From an uncultured Bacteroidales bacterium (GTDB lineage Bacteria; Bacteroidota; Bacteroidia; Bacteroidales; CAZLJX01), in NCBI GenBank assembly GCA_964559985.1, contig CAZLJX010000003.1, forward strand, positions 109,416 to 173,415: 64,000 bases of DNA, given 5' to 3'. Position 1 is the stretch's first letter. Each line of letters opens with the position of its first letter. Of the stretch, positions 50,501 through 57,530 are shown piece by piece. The notes beneath the pieces are model-generated. The model was not told the DNA's origin and ran no database searches. It worked only from the letters and a program-made list of their open reading frames with translations. The translations under genes and the position numbers were made by a program.

Positions 50501-51951
50501 TGCTCATCAAAAGCTATTTTATTAATTATGGCTTTTTCATTCATAGACCCGATAGAAATTTATTAACTAAATATAAGTCAGAGATCGATAATATTAAAAA
50601 TGAATATGATATTGATGTTAACGTGCTATACTACAGGTGGTTTGCTGACAATGGCAGTGAAAAAGAAAAAAAAGCAAATATTATAAAATTGAACAATTGG
50701 TGTAAGGATAACAAGCAATACTGGCCAACCCAAGGATTGACAGTTCAAAACTCAACAGAAATTATAAACAGTGAATCAGAAAAAGAAAAGTCTACTCATG
50801 AAAATACCTATAATCAAGCAAATAAACATTTCAACGATGGTTCTTATTCAAACGCTTTTGATTTATATTTAAAACTGGCTTTTGAAGGTTATTCACCTGA
50901 CAACAATAGGAAACAGGTGTTTTTTAATAATTTAATTTTTAGCAGTATAAGATCAGGAAAAGAAATTAATATTGCCGATATCCATGAAGAATTGTTGTTA
51001 GATGTGGGAAAAACCTATAAAAGTCTAAAGATAATGGATAAAAACATTGAATGTTTAGAAAAAATACCATCAAACCATAAAGATTATTATTCCTCATCTG
51101 TCATTCTTGCCAGAATATATCTCGAAGAAAACAATCTTATTGAAGCTGGCAAATATTTAAAAATCAATAAACTAAATAAAAAAGATCCGGAAAGTTTAAT
51201 AACCTATGCAGCACTGCTGGATGCTAAAAATAATTTTAAAGAAGCACTTACTTGCATAGACATGGCATTCAACAGCACACACGATTATGGCACATTAAAA
51301 TACAGGAGAAATCTGATTAAACGACATCCTGATGCTTTTCAATCTGATGAAAAGAAAATTACAGAGCTATTATACAAAATTGTACCGTTTATTAAGAATA
51401 AAAATTATAATTTATCCGATACGCAAATCATTGATTTAATAAGCTTAACAAAAAAACATCCTGATCATTTTGTGCTGGCCAGAAAAGCACTTCATATTAT
51501 TAATCATACAAGTAATGGATCAGGGCTAAAAAATTATGACGAAGAATTTGCAGAAATATTAGTCAACCATTACTTCTTTGGGATTTCTGAATTTTATAAA
51601 TTTTCTGTTTATATGAATGCCCCTGATGATGAATATTTTCATTTTTACAGAATGTTGGGTAACTTCTGCAAAGGGTGTAAATACTATCATATAGCCGAGT
51701 ACTTTTACCAGCATGCCTTATCAGTCATTAAAAATGATAAAAATAAAAAAGGTGTGATCAATTTAAACCTTGCCCTTCTGTACTATGAAAAAATTAAAAA
51801 TCACCAATCAGAAGATGAATTGAGGAAATTAAATTTGTTTAAATCAGAGGCAGAAAAATACTTTACAGAAACACGCAATAATGAAAAGCTTGTTCATTGC
51901 AACAATTTAACACTTGATTTAAATAAATTGAATCATGTGAATGATAATTAA
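47536..51951 (+). CDS. Giant STAND/AAA_16-type P-loop NTPase with long TPR-like C-terminal region
   Basis: 1471 aa. LTPREEEVDKLCSFL precedes the Walker A motif GNPRIGKS (48019..48042), and a Walker B-like YLLILENAE lies at 48196..48210. About 1100 aa of helical repeat sequence with TPR-like units follows (e.g. AENYRLAGKLSEATTYLDKV, ILARIYLEENNLIEAGKYLKI, NLALLYYEKIKN). The N-terminal ~140 aa is unassigned. Confidence 0.7.
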   Translation: MPPKSNKPITSTQAKILILELLKNQDREIADLLYEFLSSQKDKNQISKHAAFTKAYSKPQIFIDDLPKFSTKKDRNEWPAWQKIFHDLKPDTFKFVERKPPNEIRKKIKQYLINQQTINIADTDFWSPSLSPELNVLTPREEEVDKLCSFLFKKNKITIYYGNPRIGKSEIINQLIRKLKKTENNFRYRILDCKTIDISEEKPFSKTDDFFMRLIDNTRYLLILENAEVLNFNNSKIGSFLSRLADQSNNKQLNLLIISRIRNDILSVDNEHLNIIESEQFINPEILNNIKQIINNDGIFITLIELYDHHRLHVGLLQKIKQSENEVGQLLEMAENKDVLNLLKDDYAEQFNTLNDPEKKFFITSIITGKVVLKTNNDKVIANSICSKGLFDRTYNNGYIIHPYIAEIAFEFYKEKKELHKIAELIVTELNFNGSYFESFIICAKCDLTSIDNEVKDYITHCTLKEIKHLSSDPNYNVVILKAIIKYNTDKALLLLLAENYRLAGKLSEATTYLDKVKDDKTMAFGYNTELGFYFNAKANESRSNNDKEKYITFAKGAFEKAISLPLTEKLAGENAINRYLQPVIGLYNLNPAPEKQFEILFNAFCDLHAYDQNLPLYYFEKLTAFLNTQHTLNQNFTKFTECIIFYKNRKFKKAYAIIQELDKISLFSQQLIFINIKAAGLRTSNPEESEKLLKSSIEKENNAEYNRMAYRELLLTYFVNGMLNKIESDSALKSNQDIIVEVALEAPIWWFAKITDNNKKIKVLTFFNNNYKEEFKNNGLSDWLYAQIIKSFLDAGINEIDKYLHEPCIPDPKSFSDQEVKKIIPILQSKIIDNPDLIYPLALFSSTNQHYEQLLSYCNEISTFNAENYHFLKLLCKLAVDLKDEKYIPQLSKIDSSIAKNFSYEFYHAALILEKTGKYSLADDFFNKAILHASEPDFNMFFHYAFYLLRNSDVSNFKVQISEAKKSWMSSRLPTDRQSKHHEKWFNLLIKSYFINYGFFIHRPDRNLLTKYKSEIDNIKNEYDIDVNVLYYRWFADNGSEKEKKANIIKLNNWCKDNKQYWPTQGLTVQNSTEIINSESEKEKSTHENTYNQANKHFNDGSYSNAFDLYLKLAFEGYSPDNNRKQVFFNNLIFSSIRSGKEINIADIHEELLLDVGKTYKSLKIMDKNIECLEKIPSNHKDYYSSSVILARIYLEENNLIEAGKYLKINKLNKKDPESLITYAALLDAKNNFKEALTCIDMAFNSTHDYGTLKYRRNLIKRHPDAFQSDEKKITELLYKIVPFIKNKNYNLSDTQIIDLISLTKKHPDHFVLARKALHIINHTSNGSGLKNYDEEFAEILVNHYFFGISEFYKFSVYMNAPDDEYFHFYRMLGNFCKGCKYYHIAEYFYQHALSVIKNDKNKKGVINLNLALLYYEKIKNHQSEDELRKLNLFKSEAEKYFTETRNNEKLVHCNNLTLDLNKLNHVNDN

Positions 51952-51974
51952 TAGGTACTGGATTGCAAAACCAA

Positions 51975-52589
51975 CTACAAATTTGCAAACTGTATTCTCA
52001 ACTGTTTCTCAGTGAGTTTAAACGACCGGCGGTGATAGGGTGATATCCCAAATTTCTCAATCATCTGCCTGTGCATCTTTGTTGGATAACCTTTATTCCT
52101 GTTCCACTGGTAACAAGGATATTCCAGATGAATTTTCTGCATGTATTCATCCCTGAAAGTTTTAGCCAGCACTGAAGCTGCAGCAATTGACATATAAAGC
52201 GCATCGCCTTTTACAATGCATTTATGCTGCACTGAATCATAAGGTTTAAAACGGTTTCCGTCAACAATGATATAGCCCGGGTTGATGTTTAACGCATCGA
52301 GTGCCTTGTGCATGGTCAGAATAGAAGCATTTAAAATATTGACTTTATCGATGCAGGCTGCATCTGACTGTGCCACTGCCCATGCCATTGCATGCTTTAT
52401 AATCTCATCCCTTAGTTTTAACCGTATTTTTGGGCTAAGCTGTTTTGAATCATTTAACTCCGGGTGAAAAAAGTCTGCCGGCAAGATCACTGCGGCAGCA
52501 AATACAGGGCCAGCAAGGCATCCACGGCCAGCCTCGTCGCAACCTGCTTCATTTATCTTACCTGAAAACGACGTTTTGAGCATATACAA
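51975..52589 (-). CDS. rnhB: Ribonuclease HII
   Basis: 204 aa with GCDEAGRGCLAGPV and the DSKQLS motif. Confidence 0.93.
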   Translation of the reverse strand: MYMLKTSFSGKINEAGCDEAGRGCLAGPVFAAAVILPADFFHPELNDSKQLSPKIRLKLRDEIIKHAMAWAVAQSDAACIDKVNILNASILTMHKALDALNINPGYIIVDGNRFKPYDSVQHKCIVKGDALYMSIAAASVLAKTFRDEYMQKIHLEYPCYQWNRNKGYPTKMHRQMIEKFGISPYHRRSFKLTEKQLRIQFANL

Positions 52590-52736
52590 ATATAGGCGTT
52601 TTTTCTCCTGCTTATAAAGTCAGAAATATAAATTACATCAGGCAAATCAACGAAAAGCAACCATCCCGTCAATTATACCAATGATTATCGGTTTGAGTAT
52701 AAAAATTTATACATTTATAGCGTCATTTTAATTACT

Positions 52737-53483
52737 ATGTACCGTTGTCTTTTTTTTACTATTCTTTTGTTCTTATATGGTACTCTTTTTTGCCAGGTAA
52801 AAGATACTTCGGCGGTAATACCCATGATATCGTTTAATACTGGTTATGATATTCCGGCCGCTGACATGGCAAAGCGTTTTGGCCCTAATCTTAAAGCTGG
52901 TTTATCTTTTACCATCAAATGGCCACACTTTTTTCTACTGGGCGCTGATTTCAATTACCTTTTCAGCGAAAAACTCAATGAAACCGGAATTTTCGATAAC
53001 CTGAAAACCTCATCAGGAGTTATCATTAACCGTTTTGGCGAAATAGCACGCATAAAACTGAGCGAAAGAGGATTTTACGCCGGGATTAAAGCAGGTAAAT
53101 TGTTCCCGCGTTACGGTCCAAATCCACACTGCGGTATTATTGCCACTTTTTCGGCTGGTATGCTGCAACATAAAATCAATATTGAAAACGACGGAAATAA
53201 TGTACCACAATTGCTTGGCGATTACACCAAAGGTTACGACCGGCTTACCAACGGCCTTGCTTTGCAACAATTTGTTGGTTATATGTTTATGAACAATAAA
53301 GGAACCTATAATTTTTATGCCGGGTTAGAATTTACGCAGGGTTTCACACAAAGCCGCAGGTCGTGGGATTTTGACAGGCAGTGCCGCGATACCCAAAAAC
53401 GAATTGATCTTTTGTTTGGTATCCGTGCCGGATGGATTATTCCGCTTTACCGTCGAATGTCAACCGAATATTATTATTACTGA
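52737..53483 (+). CDS. Exported protein, probable outer-membrane beta-barrel, unknown function
   Basis: 248 aa with a signal peptide, alternating amphipathic strands and an aromatic C-terminus (EYYYY). Its stop overlaps the waaA start (TGATG at 53481..53485). Confidence 0.5.
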   Translation: MYRCLFFTILLFLYGTLFCQVKDTSAVIPMISFNTGYDIPAADMAKRFGPNLKAGLSFTIKWPHFFLLGADFNYLFSEKLNETGIFDNLKTSSGVIINRFGEIARIKLSERGFYAGIKAGKLFPRYGPNPHCGIIATFSAGMLQHKINIENDGNNVPQLLGDYTKGYDRLTNGLALQQFVGYMFMNNKGTYNFYAGLEFTQGFTQSRRSWDFDRQCRDTQKRIDLLFGIRAGWIIPLYRRMSTEYYYY

Positions 53484-54706
53484 TGCAGATTGTATATTCC
53501 ATATCGGTTTTATTTTACGGCTTCATCATCAGGCTTGCCTCTTTGTTTTCGGTCAAAGCAAGGCTTTGGGTCAAAGGACGAAAAAACTTTTTTTCACAAT
53601 TCAGTTTTACAAATCCGGAAAAAAGTAAAATCATTTGGTTTCATGCCAGTTCGCTGGGAGAGTTTGAACAGGGAAGACCGGTTATTGAAGCTTATCGCAG
53701 CCTAAACCCGCAACATAAGATTGTGCTCACCTTTTTCAGTCCATCGGGTTACGAAATCCGTAAAAATTATGCAAATGCAGATTATATCTGTTACCTTCCG
53801 CTCGATACTCCACGAAATGCCTGTCGGTTTATTGACAGGATACAACCTTCTGCTGTATTTTTTATTAAATATGATTTCTGGTATCATTATATCAACACCA
53901 TATCAAAAAGAAAAATACCTCTTTACTTAATCTCAGCTGTTTTCAGGGAAAACCAGATATTTTTCAAACCCTGGGGAAGGTGGTACGCATCGTTGCTGCG
54001 TAAATTTGACCATATTTTTGTCCAAAACGAAAATTCAGCCCTTCTGCTTAAAACCCTGCACCTTAACAATGTAACCGTTACAGGAGATACACGCTTTGAC
54101 AGGGTTCATGCCATTGCTATGCAACAAACTGAAAACGAATTGATAAAAAAATTTGCCGGGAATCATTTTGTTATTGTAGGCGGTAGTACCTGGCCTGCTG
54201 ATGAAGCGTTGCTTTTTCAATTTTTGCAAACCACACAGCACCCTGTTAGGCTGATGATTGCCCCTCATGAAATAGACGAAAACCATATTGCTGCCATTGA
54301 AAAGCTTGCCGGAAACAATTGCCGCCGTTACACACAAGGAAACATCGATGACGATACACGCGTTCTGATCATCGACACCATGGGTATGCTGGCTTCACTT
54401 TACAGATATGGCAAAATTGCCTATATTGGAGGAGGTTTCGGAAAAGGGATCCACAATATACTGGAAGCTGCAACTTATGGCCTGCCAGTGGTTTTTGGCC
54501 CGAATTACCATAAATTCAACGAAGCCACCGGACTTATTTCGCTGGGAGGGGCTTTCAGCATAAAAACCCAACATGAACTTATTTCCATTTTGAACAAAAT
54601 GATTGAGCAACCCGCCTTTTTAAAGCATACATCAGATCTTTGTTCTCAATTTGTTAAAAATAACCTGGGAGCTACCCAGCGCATTTTTTCAGTGTTAAAA
54701 GCTTAA
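53483..54706 (+). CDS. waaA: 3-deoxy-D-manno-octulosonic acid (Kdo) transferase
   Basis: Likely start Met18 (MQIVYSISVLFYG, ATG 53483), with the KdtA signature IWFHASSLGEFEQGRPV. Confidence 0.88.
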   Translation: MQIVYSISVLFYGFIIRLASLFSVKARLWVKGRKNFFSQFSFTNPEKSKIIWFHASSLGEFEQGRPVIEAYRSLNPQHKIVLTFFSPSGYEIRKNYANADYICYLPLDTPRNACRFIDRIQPSAVFFIKYDFWYHYINTISKRKIPLYLISAVFRENQIFFKPWGRWYASLLRKFDHIFVQNENSALLLKTLHLNNVTVTGDTRFDRVHAIAMQQTENELIKKFAGNHFVIVGGSTWPADEALLFQFLQTTQHPVRLMIAPHEIDENHIAAIEKLAGNNCRRYTQGNIDDDTRVLIIDTMGMLASLYRYGKIAYIGGGFGKGIHNILEAATYGLPVVFGPNYHKFNEATGLISLGGAFSIKTQHELISILNKMIEQPAFLKHTSDLCSQFVKNNLGATQRIFSVLKA

Positions 54707-54707
54707 T

Positions 54708-54730
54708 AGCTGATTTACAACAGCTTTTTT
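54708..54730 (+). terminator. Small terminator hairpin after waaA
   Basis: AGCTG-atttacaa-CAGCT followed by TTTTT, directly after the stop codon. The stem is only 5 bp. Confidence 0.45.
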
Positions 54731-54957
54731 ATTGATGTCAGAACATATTAACAAATTAAAACTCTCTATTCCAATATATTGCAGAGGTATGTAAACTTTA
54801 TGTTAATAATTGAATTAGTATTTGTTTTAATCTTCGTATTAAATTCGCAATACATCTTTTCTTAAATCAACTTTTTAATATTCATTTGATTAGTAGACTA
54901 ATCAGTAAAAATAAATGGACAATGGTAACGGATCAAATGATCGCTAAGAACGAAAAA

Positions 54958-57480
54958 ATGGCAACCACATTCAATTTTGACGAAGTACTGAGCCAATCGC
55001 TGAAATATTTTAATGGCGACGAACTGGCTGCCACAGTTTGGGCAAACAAATATGCATTAAAAGATTCTTTTGGCAATATCTACGAACGCACTCCCGACGA
55101 TATGCATCATCGCATAGCCCACGAAATAAACCGCATTGAAAAGCTTTATCCCAATCCGATGAGTGAAGCGGAAGTTTTTGAGCTGTTGCGCAATTTTAAA
55201 TACATTGTTCCGCAGGGAAGCCCTATGGCCGGAATTGGTAATAATTTCCAGGTCGCTTCGTTGTCAAACTGCTTTGTAATAGGGCATAAAAACCCTGCCG
55301 ATTCGTATGGCGGCATTATGAAGATTGACCAGGAACAGGTTCAGCTTATGAAACGCCGCGGAGGTGTTGGTCACGACCTTTCACACATCAGGCCTACCGG
55401 TAGCCCTGTAAAAAACAGTGCCCTGACATCTACCGGTATTGTACCGTTTATGGAACGGTACTCCAATTCAACCCGCGAAGTAGCACAGGATGGCCGGCGT
55501 GGCGCTTTAATGCTCAGCCTTTCCATTAAACATCCCGATGCCGAACGCTTTATCGATGCAAAAACCGAACAGGGAAAAGTTACAGGAGCCAATGTTTCGG
55601 TAAAAATTGACGATGAATTTATGCGCTGTGTTGTTGAAAACAGGCCTTATACGCAAAAATATCCTATTAATTCTGATAATCCGCTGGTCGAAACCGTTAT
55701 TGATGCCCGTAAACTTTGGAAAAAAATAGTGCACAACGCATGGCAGAGTGCTGAGCCTGGGATCCTTTTCTGGGACACCATTATCAGGGAATCTGTACCG
55801 GATTGTTATGCCGACCTGGGCTATCGTACAGTTTCAACCAATCCGTGTGGTGAAATTCCATTATGCCCTTACGACAGTTGCAGGCTGCTGGCCATTAATC
55901 TATACAGCTATGTTGAAAATCCGTTTACTGCACAGGCACATTTCAATTTTGAACTTTTTAAAAACCATGTAGCAAAAGCTGTCAGAATGATGGACGACAT
56001 CATTGACCTTGAACTTGAAAAAGTAGATGCCATCCTTGAAAAAATACGTCAGGATCCGGAAGATAGTGAAATTAAACGCATTGAACAAAAACTCTGGGAA
56101 AATATCCGCCTTAAAGCTGAAGAAGGAAGGCGCACAGGCATTGGTATCACAGCCGAAGGGGATATGCTTGCTGCCCTGGGGCTTCGTTACGGATCGGAAG
56201 ATGCCATTGATTTTTCGGTTGAAGTACATAAAACCCTTGCTATCAGTGCATACAAAGCATCGGCTATGCTGGCACGCGAACGCGGCCCGTTTGCCATTTA
56301 CGATTTTGACCGTGAAAAAACCAACCCGTTTGTTAACCGCCTCATTGAAGAAGATCCTGAGCTGAAAGAAATATTACAGCGCAACGGTCGCCGTAACATT
56401 GCATTACTTACCATTGCCCCAACCGGAACAACCAGTTTGATGACCCAGACCACCTCGGGGATTGAGCCTGTTTTTATGCCGGTTTATAAACGCCGCCGCA
56501 AAGTTAACCCCAATGATAAAAATGTAAAAGTTACATTTGTCGACGATATTGGCGATTCGTGGGAAGAGTTTAATGTTTTTCATCCAAAATTCCTCACCTG
56601 GCTTGAGGTAAATAACTTCAATATCGAAGAAGTGAAAAACTATAACGATGATGAGTTATCAAAAATGCTTGAAAAATCGCCTTATTATAAATCATCCTCC
56701 AACGATATTGATTGGGTAAGCAAAGTACATATGCAGGGACGGATTCAGAAATGGGTTGACCATTCCATCAGTGTTACTGTGAACCTGCCCACAGAAGTAA
56801 CCGAAGACCTGGTAGGCGACATTTATATTGAAGCATGGAAGAGCGGATGCAAAGGCGTAACCGTTTATCGTGAAGGATCACGCTCAGGGGTTTTATTGTC
56901 GAATAAAAAAGAACAAAAAACACCAGCCCGTGATGAACAGCTTAAACGCCCCAAAGAGCTTGAAGCCGATGTGGTAAGATTTATGAACAATAATGAAAAA
57001 TGGGTCGCCTTTGTCGGTTTGCTCAACAATACACCTTATGAAATTTTCACAGGGATGGAAGATGATGAAGTATTACCAATTCCAAAAGCTGTTCATAAAG
57101 GAAAAATTATAAAGAGCAAGGATGAAGAAGGCAACACCCGTTACGACTTTCAGTTTATCAATAAATTCGGATATAAAACAACCATTGAAGGACTTTCACA
57201 TAAATTCAACAAGGAATTCTGGAACTATGCCAAACTAATTTCCGGGGTTCTACGCTACGGAATGCCCATTGACCGGGTATTGAATTTAGTTGCTTCACTG
57301 CAGCTCGACAGCGAATCGATCAATACATGGAAAAACGGCGTTGGAAGGGCTTTACGGAAATATATTCCCGACGGTACCCAGGCCGACGGACAGGAATGCC
57401 CTTCATGCGGATCGACCAAACTTGTGTATCAGGAAGGTTGTCTCATTTGTAAAAGTTGTGGAACTTCAAAATGCGGATAG
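54958..57480 (+). CDS. nrdJ: Class II (adenosylcobalamin-dependent) ribonucleotide reductase
   Basis: The track ORF begins at TTG 54886. The likely start is ATG 54958 (MATTFNFDEVLSQSLKYFNGDELAATVWANKYALKD), with 54922 and 54937 as alternatives. Catalytic blocks SNPCGEIPL and TIAPTGTTS, plus a C-terminal Zn ribbon CPSCGS..CLICKSCG. Confidence 0.9.
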   Translation: MATTFNFDEVLSQSLKYFNGDELAATVWANKYALKDSFGNIYERTPDDMHHRIAHEINRIEKLYPNPMSEAEVFELLRNFKYIVPQGSPMAGIGNNFQVASLSNCFVIGHKNPADSYGGIMKIDQEQVQLMKRRGGVGHDLSHIRPTGSPVKNSALTSTGIVPFMERYSNSTREVAQDGRRGALMLSLSIKHPDAERFIDAKTEQGKVTGANVSVKIDDEFMRCVVENRPYTQKYPINSDNPLVETVIDARKLWKKIVHNAWQSAEPGILFWDTIIRESVPDCYADLGYRTVSTNPCGEIPLCPYDSCRLLAINLYSYVENPFTAQAHFNFELFKNHVAKAVRMMDDIIDLELEKVDAILEKIRQDPEDSEIKRIEQKLWENIRLKAEEGRRTGIGITAEGDMLAALGLRYGSEDAIDFSVEVHKTLAISAYKASAMLARERGPFAIYDFDREKTNPFVNRLIEEDPELKEILQRNGRRNIALLTIAPTGTTSLMTQTTSGIEPVFMPVYKRRRKVNPNDKNVKVTFVDDIGDSWEEFNVFHPKFLTWLEVNNFNIEEVKNYNDDELSKMLEKSPYYKSSSNDIDWVSKVHMQGRIQKWVDHSISVTVNLPTEVTEDLVGDIYIEAWKSGCKGVTVYREGSRSGVLLSNKKEQKTPARDEQLKRPKELEADVVRFMNNNEKWVAFVGLLNNTPYEIFTGMEDDEVLPIPKAVHKGKIIKSKDEEGNTRYDFQFINKFGYKTTIEGLSHKFNKEFWNYAKLISGVLRYGMPIDRVLNLVASLQLDSESINTWKNGVGRALRKYIPDGTQADGQECPSCGSTKLVYQEGCLICKSCGTSKCG

Positions 57481-57493
57481 TATCATTATTGAA

Positions 57494-57527
57494 GAAAAAG
57501 CCGGATTCAAATATCCGGCTTTTTTTA
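57494..57527. terminator. Bidirectional rho-independent terminator between nrdJ and the sensor array
   Basis: AAAAAGCCGGAT-tcaaat-ATCCGGCTTTTTTT, with a 9-bp stem flanked by an A-run and a T-run. Confidence 0.85.
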
Positions 57528-57530
57528 TTG

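Larger units (their letters stand above)
42890..51960. other. AT-rich accessory gene island between ispD and rnhB (no mobility genes seen)
   Basis: Eight ORFs with no housekeeping assignment. My hand counts of G+C on single 60-nt lines are 10-20 of 60 inside the interval, against 21-32 of 60 in flanking and core genes. Both borders are convergent gene ends. Confidence 0.6.

Noticed and set aside
42875-51974. Calling the AT-rich island a mobile element (ICE, transposon or prophage).
   Set aside because: I found no integrase, transposase, conjugation or phage genes. There is no adjacent tRNA, and no direct or inverted terminal repeats at either border.
54707-54957. A cobalamin riboswitch upstream of the B12-dependent nrdJ.
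   Set aside because: The leader is very AT-rich and lacks a B12-box-like GCCACTG core or the surrounding GC-rich helices.
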